A stretch of 63,543 nucleotides of DNA, filler included, from Hyphochytrium catenoides (taxonomy: Eukaryota; Protista; Hyphochytriomycota), in NCBI GenBank assembly GCA_900088475.1. It is 16 parts of 16 records of this genome, joined end to end, with 100 filler letters (N's around TTAATTAATTAA, not from the genome) between each part and the next. Parts side by side here need not be neighbours in the genome. Positions count along the whole stretch, not along the records: positions 49,824 to 52,551 come from FLMG01000869.1; positions 52,652 to 54,682 come from FLMG01000006.1; positions 54,783 to 57,381 come from FLMG01002455.1; positions 57,482 to 59,804 come from FLMG01003973.1; positions 59,905 to 62,023 come from FLMG01001333.1; positions 62,124 to 63,543 come from FLMG01000954.1; 10 more parts are not named here. The stretch is one strand, 5' to 3'. The position numbers and the translations under genes were made by a program. A model generated the notes under the pieces. That model was not told the origin of the DNA. It saw only the letters and a program-made list of their open reading frames with translations, and made no database searches. Positions 52,289 to 63,543 of the stretch are shown one piece after another. The first letter of the stretch is position 1, and every line of letters starts with the position of its first letter.

Positions 52289-52651
52289 GTAGACTAATAG
52301 GATAAATATAGCTCACTGGCAGATAGGAAGTTGAAAGAAAGAGCTGGGCGTCTCTGTTCTTAAAAATGCGCTCCATTTTCATTCAAAATTGTTGGCTTTT
52401 TGGCTATCTTCGTCTCTGTGTTGGCTCTCAACGTTTTCTCTCCTACTCTCCGACTTCATTCTCTTCAAGAGAGAGAAAGACTAGCACATGGCTCTCTCTC
52501 TCTCTAATCGTTTGATTCTCTTCTTCTTCCCAAACTTTTCTCTCGTGTCTCNNNNNNNNNNNNNNNNNNNNNNNNNNNNNNNNNNNNNNNNNNNNTTAAT
52601 TAATTAANNNNNNNNNNNNNNNNNNNNNNNNNNNNNNNNNNNNNNNNNNNN

Positions 52652-52683
<32 letters not shown>

Positions 52684-52768
52684 AAGAGAGAGAAAGAGAG
52701 AGAGAAAGGGAGAGAGAAAGAGAGAGAGAAAGAGAGGGAGAAAGAGAGAGAGACAGAGAGAGAGAGAC

Positions 52769-52815
<47 letters not shown>

Positions 52816-53006
52816 AAGAGAAAGACTGAGATGAAGAGTAACAAAGAGCGAAAGAGGAAGAGAGGGACAGGGAGAGAACGATAGAGAAAGCACCGGTGGG
52901 GGTAGGAGAAAGAGAGAAAGAAAGTGAGACAGCGAGACAAAGGGAGAAGAAGATGAAGAGAAAGAGAGTTGAAGCGAGGAGAAAGAGAGAAAGGGGGATG
53001 CCTTAC

Positions 53007-54444
53007 CGCGACAAGTTTGGGCATGCCATAGACAGCTGTGGCCTTCACCTTGGCTGCTCCCGTCCCTTGTGGCTTCTCTTCTGCTGGTGACGCGCCGTCA
53101 CTCTCCATCCACGAACCTTCCTCCTTGCCCGATGTCGCTGCCGTCTGACCTCTCGCCTTGCTCTCTCTCGTCTTGCTCTCTCTCGTCTTGCTCTCTCTCT
53201 CTCCTCCCTGGTTCTCCTCCTTAACGACATTGTTCTCTTCTTTCTCTCCTCCCGCCCCGGCTCCGTCTTGCTGTTTCATCTGTCGCCTGGAAATCGTGAG
53301 CAGTCGCATTCCTAGTCCATTCTTTTCTGCGGCTGCCTTGGCCTTCTCAGCGTTCGTTTCCAATTTCTTGACTCTCTGTGGCAGAGCGAGAGCGAGCGAG
53401 AGCGAGAGAGAGCGAGAGCGAGAGAGAGAGAGAGCGTGTGAGAGAAAAATTCAGAGCGAGAATGTGTGTGTCCCTAAGTCAGTTAAGGTTGGAGGAGAAA
53501 AGAGACCCAAGAAGAGAGAGAGAGAGAGGGAGAGAGAGAGAGAAAGAGAGAGAGAGCGAGAGAGAGAGAGAGAGAGAGGGAGAGAAGGAGAGGGAGAGAA
53601 GGAGAGGGAGAGAAATTGGGAGAGGGAGAGAAAGAGAGAAAGCATATAGATAGGTCAGCAGGACTGAGGTTAACAAGTGAGGAAGAGAGCCTTAGTCCGT
53701 CCCAGGGTTATAGCGAAAACAGTGCTCAAGAAAAAGAGGATGAGAGAGAGAGAGAGCAGTCTACAAAACAGACAGAGAGAAGCTCGAGAAAAGCAGGTTA
53801 CATCTCTTAGATCTGCTTGCGCTTCTAGGAGCCGTAGCTCTCTTATGACGACCGTGTAAGGATTGTCAGACACCTGATTCTTCCTCGCGAGGANGACAGA
53901 GGGGGGGGGGAGAGAGAGACAGACAGACAGAGAAATCTACGTGAGAGTAGAGAGAGGAAAGAGGGACATGGGAAGGGAAGGGAGGAGGAAGGAGCAACGC
54001 CGCAAGATAAAAAGAATAGAGAGAGAATACGCAGGCTGGCGCTGGAACAAAGCAGAGGCAAGAAGGATCAAGATAGTCGGCCAAAGAGGAGAGAGGAAGA
54101 AATCGAGACAGACAGACTGACAGAGAAAGAGAGAGAGAGACACAGAGAGAGAGAGAGAGAGAAAGAGATTGTAGAGAGAGAGAGAGACGAGAGAGAAAGG
54201 AGGCTCACTTTCTTCGCGGCTAACTGGACAGCCTGAGTGATCTTATGACTTGCTATGTACTCGTTGATATGCTGGAGAGACTGCTGATCAAAGACGCCAG
54301 CGGGTCGAGGGACAGCAGTCTCTCCCCGAGCTGCCGGGGGAGAGAGAACAATCTCTTCCTCCGGCTGCGCTTTCCCTGGAGAGATTTGGCCTTCTTCCTT
54401 CTTTTTCTTCCCCAAAAGAAACATCTTGGTTTGAAGAGAGACGC

Positions 54445-54476
<32 letters not shown>

Positions 54477-54563
54477 CGACTGGAGAGAGGGAAAGAGAAA
54501 CGGAGCTGAAAGAAGCAAGACGGAGGGAAGTTGGATGGACAGTGAAGGCTAGACCTTCACCAT
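53007..54563 (-). CDS. Multi-exon hypothetical protein with possible RIIa/Dpy-30-like dimerisation motif, 3'-partial
   Basis: Exons give INEYIASHKITQAVQLAAKK | ..VSDNPYTVVIRELR.. | RVKKLETNAEK..AVYGMPKLVA, with GT/AG borders. The domain call is tentative. Confidence 0.5.
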
Positions 54564-54879
54564 AAAATGGACATCACCCTTTCTTCTCTTCTTACCCTAT
54601 CTTCCCTTCTCTTACTCAGCGTCTCTCTCTCTCTCTCTCTCCCTCTCTCTCTCTCTCTCTTCACAAGGTCCATTCTCCTCTGNNNNNNNNNNNNNNNNNN
54701 NNNNNNNNNNNNNNNNNNNNNNNNNNTTAATTAATTAANNNNNNNNNNNNNNNNNNNNNNNNNNNNNNNNNNNNNNNNNNNNGAACTGTGAGCCTTTTAG
54801 AGCTCTTGTCAGCTTCTGCTCTCAACAAGCTCTTTGCCGGTGCTGACTGGGCTCATGACACATTCAGTCGTTAAGTCAC

Positions 54880-56120
54880 TCACTGGATACTTTATGACTC
54901 TTGGGCCCGGTGCTTTGGCTTGGAAATGCAAAAAGAAGCAAGACATCGTGTTGAGTGCTACTATGTTCGTTAATGACCTTAAAGACCCAGCGGCATCCTA
55001 CGATGTTAGCTCCAGGAGGGCGGGGCTCCATGGAGTGTGGCTCGCTGGGGATTGCCTCTTGCCGCTCCACTGCCTGAGGAGAGGCCAACGCCTCCTCTAA
55101 GGTCGCTGGTTCCTGAACATTCAGCAGATTGAGACTTCCCGGTCGCATCCATAATAGCGAGTCCTGCTACGGTCCCATCAGCGTGGGTCTTGACCTTAAA
55201 GACCTTAAAGACCCAGCGGCATCCTACGATGTTAGCTCCAGGAGGGCGGGGAGCCAGTTCCCATACCCCGTGCTGGAGATTGCCTCTTGCCACTCCACTG
55301 CCTGAGGAGAGGCCAACGCGTCCTCTAAGGTCGCTGGTTCCTGAACATCCAACAAATTGAGACTTCCCGGTCGCATCCAGAGCGAGTCTTCCTGCTGGGA
55401 GTACCTCTGTGCCAAGGATGAGTGTGGTACAGAGCTGAGATCAGGTGTTTCACCACAGTCCTCATACTCGTCGACTTCCAAGCTTGTATCTGAGTCTGCT
55501 GCGGTTGCAGGGTCTGATGCCTCCGATGATGCTTCCGAGGATTGGTCATCCGAGTCTTCAGAGTACTGTTGTCTGTTTGAATAATCACTGCGTTCGGAGT
55601 CTTGGACTTGATCACTTGCTTGGTGCGTTCCTAAGGAAGATTGAATCTTGGGACATTCTTCCTGGAACTGATTCTCCACGGGATTCCCTGGGATATCATT
55701 TGGGTCGGGGTTGTCAGAGTTCTCCCCAAGCTTCTCAAAAATATCATACAGCACTGAGTCGCTCTCAGTAGACCCAGCGTGATCCGTCCCACTCGCTGCT
55801 GCGGTTGCTTCATCAAAGACAACATCTCGACGCTCGATGACAGTCTGAGTCCCCAAATCGTATTTCCGATATGCTTTTGAGTGAGAACCATAACCGAAGA
55901 GAGCGTATTTCTTCGCCTTCGGATCCAGCTTGCGGCGGTCCCGCTTTGGGACAAGACCAAACGAGACACAGCCGAAAACGCGAAGATATCCAATATCTGG
56001 CGGCTACCAAACCACTTCTCATGCGGTGTCAGTCCATCTAAAGCAGATGTAGGGGCCTTGTTGCTGATGTAGACTGTGTTGAGTGCTACTATGTTCGTTG
56101 TCAGTAGTACAGTAGTCACT
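54880..56120 (-). mobile_element. Ty1/Copia internal fragment (integrase C-terminus to RT start), frameshifted, with internal duplication
   Basis: VYISNKAPTSALDGLTPHEKWFG, RDVVFDE, EPATLEDALASP..EWQEAI, WELAPRPPGANIVGCRWVFKVKTHADG. Confidence 0.92.
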
Positions 56121-56281
56121 CTCTATACACACCTAGCTCTCAGGGACATAGACGTTACGGGTACACCTGTGTTATGGCAAAGAGGGATGTGAGAAAATTT
56201 CCAGAAGAACACAGGAGCAGCACAGAGGAGAGAGATGATGAGGGAAGCTGGGCCCAACAAAAAGATCTCGAGTCCAGACTT

Positions 56282-56539
56282 TGTTGAGAGCAGAAGCTGA
56301 CAAGAGCTCTAAAAGGCTCACAGTTCCAGACTCTATCTGACAAGAGGAAGAAGGCACAAACAAAGTGTTTCAGAGTTATGATAACTAGGTTATTATCATC
56401 AGGTAAGTCATCATATGACGTCAAGAAGTAGTAACTGGGTCTAGTAGTTTATACGAGACACAGTTACTCTCCAGAACAACTAGACAACGTGATAACTAGG
56501 AAACAGGGTCCCATAAGCTCTTCATACTCACTTCGAGCA
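56282..56539 (-). mobile_element. Putative LTR (TG...CA, ~258 bp) inserted into the Gypsy RT
   Basis: Starts TGCTCGAAG where Gypsy RT similarity stops and ends CTCTCAACA. A PBS-like gttgggcccag follows shortly after. A 46-nt block at its 3' end recurs inverted at 54783-54828. Confidence 0.55.
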
Positions 56540-57381
56540 TATCAGTATTAAGTCCTCTATAATCCACACAGAGTCGGAGGCTCCCATCAGGTTTCCGGAT
56601 GAAAAGAACTGGCGCACCATAAGGGGATTGTGAGGGGCGGATCTGCCCCTGAGCTAAAAGAGTTAGCAGCTGTCTTTCCAGCTCTTCTCGTTCCGCTACG
56701 GAGGTGGGAAATGGTGCTCGTGAGACAGGACTGGCGCCTGGCTTGAGCTTGATCTGAAAGTCGCCACCACTGCGCCTGGGCGGGAGTCCGGAGGGTAGTT
56801 CTTCTGGGAAGACATCTATGAAGGTAGGTAGAATCGTTTCGTGGAAGCTCTTAGAGTAGTCCTGTGTCTTAGCATGTAGCAGGGCAGGGGATGATGTGGT
56901 GCTGGCTTCGACGGGAGAGTTGTGGTTGGCCGTGGGTTGGGTTTGTATGAGGGCGATGAACGCTACTGCTCCCTTTCGTAGGGCTTTCACTGTCTCCTGG
57001 GGTGAGAGAACTGAAATGCTATGGTTCTTTCTGTCCTGTCTGTTCCTTGTAGCGGGCGGTCGTTCTTGGCGTGCCGAAGGAGAGAGTCCACGAAGCGGGA
57101 TTCTTTCTGGGCCAAAGTATACGGTGTTCGTTGTCCAATCAATCCGAGGTTGGTCCGAGATAGCCAGTCCTTGCCCAAAATCATGTCGAAGGCAATGGCA
57201 AAGACGCGTAGATCACAGTGATCTATGGCTCCTGCAGCGAGTACGATTTCGGCGTTTCTGGCCCACGCCGTTGAGGGTCGGGTTGATCCTGGTCTACTCA
57301 ATGGATACTGAAGCTCCTGTAAGAAATAAGACATGTGTTCTGCATGTTTTGCTCCGGTCCACAGTGAGATGCACTCAGCTT
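56540..57381 (-). mobile_element. Ty3/Gypsy pol fragment (protease to RT N-terminus)
   Basis: FDMILGKDWL; DVFPEELPSGLPPRR..IKLKPGASP..GQIRPSQSPYGAPVLFIRKPDGSLRLCVDYRGLN. Confidence 0.93.
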
Positions 57382-57481
57382 NNNNNNNNNNNNNNNNNNN
57401 NNNNNNNNNNNNNNNNNNNNNNNNNTTAATTAATTAANNNNNNNNNNNNNNNNNNNNNNNNNNNNNNNNNNNNNNNNNNNN

Positions 57482-58968
57482 CTCCGAGGACTCGGACAGT
57501 GATAAGGAGGATGACAATGACTTTCTGGATGGGGACAATGATGTTGGCCCTCTCCTGCAAACGGCAACGGAAGAGAGAGAGAGTGCCATTGGCGAGAAAG
57601 AGACCACTGGGAATTCAACAGAGACGGAGAAAGAGAGTTCGCCAGCGTTGCCGCTGGGACCAGGTGAGCCGAAGCAATAGAGTCTCGTTTCTCTCTCTCT
57701 CTCTCTCTGTGTCTCTCTCTCTCCCCATGTATCTTTCTGTCCCCTCCCTCTCATCTTTTTTCCTTTTTTCTTTGCAGTCTCTCTCGTTGCCTGTCCATGC
57801 ACTACCACGATGATGTTTATGTGATATATCTTACTTCTTTCTCTCTTTTCTCTCTTCCCTCTTCTATTGTTCTTTTACTCTCTCTCTTCTCTCTCTCTCT
57901 TTTTCTCTGTATTCTTCCTCCCTTTCATCTCTCTGCTATCTCTGCTCTAGTCTCGGTCTTCGACTTCCTGAGTGATGAGGCGAACAAGTACACCAAGGCG
58001 CCAGAAGAGACCTCTCTTCCCCAAGAAGACGAAGACGAGGGAGGCGGAGAAGAAGAGGAAGATGAAGAGAGAGAGGAAGAAGAGAGAGGAGAAGAGGAAG
58101 AGAAAGAGGCAGGAATGCTCCTTGACCGTGAGAGAGACGATCGAACAGAGTCTCTCGGTCCAAGCTCGGCAAGATCTGCAGCGGAAAGGAGAGACAGAGC
58201 GCGGACTCCGGCAAAGCCGACAAGTCTGGAGAAGGCCAACAGGTAAGACAGAATAGGTAGCAACAGTGTCAAAGTAAACGGTTAGAGAAAGAGAGACAGA
58301 GAGAGAGAGAGAGAGAAAATAAGATATGGGGAGAGAGCCAGAAAGAGAGAAAGCGACAAAGAGAATATGAGAGAAGTTTATCTAGGGCTTCTTAACATTT
58401 CTTCAGCTCTGCCTGCAGGAAGGAGCCAGTCCTCCCAAGAGGAGGGAGAAATGTCAGACAAAGGAAGGAAGAGACACGGAGAAAGAGCAGCTCTCTCTCT
58501 TCTCCTGGCAAGCAAGACTACAGCCACCTCTACCGCTCGCTACAAGGCCTTTTCACCGCGTTCTATCCTCATCCCATCATCAGGGCAAAGGCACCGCAAG
58601 ATCCTCCATTGCAGACAATGCTGAAGCTTCAAGTATTTCCCTACGTTTTTTCTCACTTTCTCTCTCTCTCTCCCTATCTTTCTTTCCTCTCCTTCCTCTC
58701 CGTCTCTCTCCCTCTTCTCTCCCTCTCTAAAATGCATCCTTTCTGCTTCAATCGCGGTGCCTCTCTCCCAATCCTACCATAAAAAATCCTCCATGAGCAG
58801 AGTCTCTGTCCTGCCATTCTTATAATCTTGTCGCACCCTTTCTCTCTGCGTTTTCTGGCTGTTCCTCTGTAGGCGGACGTCTATGCGACGTGGAAGGATG
58901 TGATGCGGGATCTGGCGATGGTTTACGAAGACGAGACCGACGTACAAGGTACTCCTGGCAAATATTAG

Positions 58969-59004
<36 letters not shown>

Positions 59005-59131
59005 AAGAGGGAAAAGAGGAAGAAGAGATAGTGAGAGAGTATAAAAAGTGTCGATAGCGGGAGAAGAATAACAATGGCGAGGGAGGCGACCCGCTCGACT
59101 TCGAGGGTGTAGGAGAGAGAGAGAGACAGAC

Positions 59132-59177
<46 letters not shown>

Positions 59178-59698
59178 TGAAGAGAGAGAGCCAAAGTAGA
59201 AAAGGGAAGAGAGAGAGAGCGAGAGAGAAAAAAGTGAAGAGAAAGAGGGAAAGAGCAAGATGAAGAGAGAGAGAGAGAGAGAGAGAGAAAAGTGAAGAGA
59301 AAGAGGCAAAGAGCAAGATGAAGAGAGAGAGAGAGAGAGAGAGAGAGATTAAAAGTGAAGAGAGAAAGAGCAAAGTGAAGAGCGGGAAAGAGAGAGAGAG
59401 AGAGGGAGAGAGAGAGAGGGATTGAAGGCGGGCAGAGGTAGGGGAGAGAGAGAGATAAGGCGGAAGAGGGCAAAGAGAGGGGGAGGGGTTGAGGAAAAGA
59501 GTGAGAGAGTCAGAGGCAACGTAAGGCAACAAAGAGATCAACAGTTCGGAGAGAAAGGACATGACCCTTGCATCTTTGGTAGCCTTAGCTTGTCCTTTCT
59601 CTCTCACAGTGTCCACCGACCCTTTCTTCAAGTACTTCCGCGTCAACTCCAACTCTCATGATGAAGTCTATGATATTATTAGGGATGCACTTAGACAT
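57482..59698 (+). CDS. Orphan multi-exon protein (acidic region followed by a helical domain), partial, 5 exons
   Basis: Five stop-free exons join in phase through GT-AG: SEDSDSD..LGP|VSVFDFLSDE..KAN|RKEP..DYSHLYRSLQGLFTAFYPHP..KLQ|ADVYATWKDVMRDLAMVYE..|VSTDPFFKYFRVNSNSHDEVYDIIRDALRH. Confidence 0.7.
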
Positions 59699-60265
59699 GT
59701 ACGGCTTCCTCTCCCCTTTTCTCTCTCTCGCTTCCTCTCTCTTTCTCCCTCAAATACCTCTCTCTCTATTGCCTTCACCTTTCTCTTTTCCTTGCCATCA
59801 TCCANNNNNNNNNNNNNNNNNNNNNNNNNNNNNNNNNNNNNNNNNNNNTTAATTAATTAANNNNNNNNNNNNNNNNNNNNNNNNNNNNNNNNNNNNNNNN
59901 NNNNGAGAGAGAGAGAGGGAGGGAAGAAAGCAGGAGAGGTTTATGAGAATTTGCTGCGGTTGGGTGCACTCGCGTGTCTCCCTCCCTGTTCTTCTCTCTC
60001 TATAGACATATGCAGCTTCATTGTCTCTCTCTACCCTGACTCCGCTCATTGTCCCTCCTGATAGTGTCTCCGCAGGCTATCTACTCCTTCTCAGTGACTA
60101 CTGATCGGCTGCCTAGTCTCTACGCTGTCTCGATCTACTCTCTCCTATCCATAACTCTTCTCCCCATGATTTCTCTCTCTTCGCCTTTCTCTTCCATCTG
60201 TCTCTCTTCGCCTTTCTCTTCCATCTGTCTCTCTCCTACTCAGTCTCTTCCCATCTTCTGCTCAC

Positions 60266-62023
<1,758 letters not shown>

Positions 62024-62368
62024 NNNNNNNNNNNNNNNNNNNNNNNNNNNNNNNNNNNNNNNNNNNNTTAATTAATTAANNNNNNNNNNNNNNNNNNNNN
62101 NNNNNNNNNNNNNNNNNNNNNNNCTCTCTCTCTCTCTCTCTCTTCCCTTCTCAGGTGCGTCGTACAGTTTCTGACCTCCACCAGGCTGGGCTTGGAGGAC
62201 TCATTTTGGGCGGTTATTCGTCTACATTTCTCCTGTCTTGGTATTGCAGCTGCTCGCCTCTTGCTTGCGTCACGCTCTCTCTCTCGTTGACTCCTTTCTC
62301 TCTCCCTCTCTTCTCTCTCTCTCTCTCTGACCCTCTCCTTTCTCTCTCTCTCTCTACTATCTCCCAGG

Positions 62369-62491
62369 GACTCTCTCATCTCCCTTCACTTGCCCGTCTC
62401 TCTCTTCTCACCTGCTCCAAGCTCAAACAACTCTCTGCGGACGTTTCCTCAGCCGCTTGCTTGCCACAACCTATATTTCCTCTCCCTCCAA
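62369..62491 (+). CDS. Possible leucine-rich-repeat exon fragment
   Basis: After a CT tract and cag: GLSHLPSLARLSLLTCSKLKQL (LxxLxLxxCxxL). Confidence 0.3.
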
Positions 62492-62527
62492 NNNNNNNNN
62501 NNNNNNNNNNNNNNNNNNNNNNNNNNN

Positions 62528-62560
<33 letters not shown>

Positions 62561-62610
62561 ATATTGTCTCTCTCTCTCTCTTGAAGCTCTGCGTAGCGCT
62601 CTCTCTAAAG

Positions 62611-63478
62611 ATGAGCGGAGCGGCTCTGGCGTCTCTCCCTCCCACAGCGCCTCTCTCAGGATGGAAAGAAGGAGAGAAGACACAGAAGTCCAGCCTCTTC
62701 TTCTCTTCCCCTTCCTCTCTCTCTTTCTCTCTTGAAAAAGAGAAAGAAGAAGCACGACGGAGAAGCAGCACAAACAGCAAGAAGACGGCGCCCTCTTTCT
62801 CTTCCTCTTCCTTGAAAGAGTGGAGAAAACGCCCCCGAACAAGCTCTTCTCCTGGTGAAGAAGAAATAGAGAAGAAAGACACGGAGTTCTCTCCAACTTT
62901 GCCTTCTCTCTCTCTCTCTGCAGAATATCTCTCCTCTCCCTCTGTCTTCCACAATGCCCGTGCTGCGATGGACTCTGTCGCCCGTGAGCGGCGCCTGCAT
63001 TCAGAGAGAGAGAAGAGAAGAATGAGCCGCATCATCGACGCCATAGATAATCTTAGAGCAGCGCTGCTCGCGGCTGGAAAGCCTGTGAAGCCCCATCGCC
63101 ATGCCGTTCTCCAAACAGCTTTAGAGTATATCCAAGAACTAGAAGAGAAAGTCCACTCTCTCCAGCAGCAGAAGAGAGAGAGAGAAGAGAAGAAGACAAG
63201 TCAAAAGAGCGTCTCTCCTCTTCCTTCTCTAGCCTCTTTATCCTCCTCCTCTCCTCTTCCCTCCTCTACGCCAAGACAAGTGAAGAGAGAAGAGGAGAGT
63301 CTCTCTCGAGTCCAAAGTCAAAGGACAGCAAGAGCGCTGGCGGTCGGCCAAGTGGAAGAGAGAAGAAAAGAGGAAGAGAGTCCCAATGGTAAGTCTTCCT
63401 CCGTCTGCTTCTTCTATAGATCTTCCAGAAACGCCTTAGTTTTCCTTAGGGTGCAAGAAGAATAACATCACTGACCTT

Positions 63479-63528
<50 letters not shown>

Positions 63529-63543
63529 CAGCGCTGCCTCCTC
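62611..63543 (+). CDS. bHLH(-zipper) transcription factor; exon 62611-63388, probable intron 63389-63531, continuing off the window
   Basis: RRLHSEREKRRMSRIIDAIDNLRAAL..PHRHAVLQTALEYIQELEEKVHSLQQQK; G|GTAAGT donor and CT-tract/CAG acceptor. Confidence 0.85.

Noticed and set aside
41090-52375. Stop-codon reassignment (TAR=Gln or TGA recoding) to explain stop-interrupted frames
   Set aside because: Conserved genes (HAD, SAE1, GH13, DRC1, MAPK, GT25) have no in-frame stops in the exons read and end in TAG or TGA at expected positions.

Overview
This window is not one locus. It is 16 short contigs joined by artificial 100-nt spacers (N44-TTAATTAATTAA-N44), from a fragmented eukaryotic, probably protist, genome saturated with (GA)n/(TC)n microsatellite. 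Most ORF-track entries (SLSL.../ERER...) are microsatellite artefacts. Splicing by hand with canonical GT-AG introns and the standard code recovers real genes: a Cof-type HAD phosphatase, SAE1/Aos1, an intronless GT25 glycosyltransferase, NUDT22, two bHLH factors, a bacterial-type GH13 neopullulanase split over two contigs, DRC1 (implying a motile flagellum), a TDY MAP kinase, an SDR and two orphan multi-exon genes. The GA-poor contigs hold decayed mobile DNA: Gypsy and Copia relics, a ~1.54-kb tandem unit and a TIR element. Three leads stand out: (1) a cluster of related hairpin elements at ~23.86-24.29 kb whose copy differences preserve base pairing, a candidate undescribed ncRNA family; (2) a recurring 5'-GA-rich / 3'-CT-rich intron architecture; (3) the intron-bearing, cyanobacterial-looking GH13. 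I cannot claim a complete new system from this sequence alone. All family assignments come from recalled motifs, not database searches.
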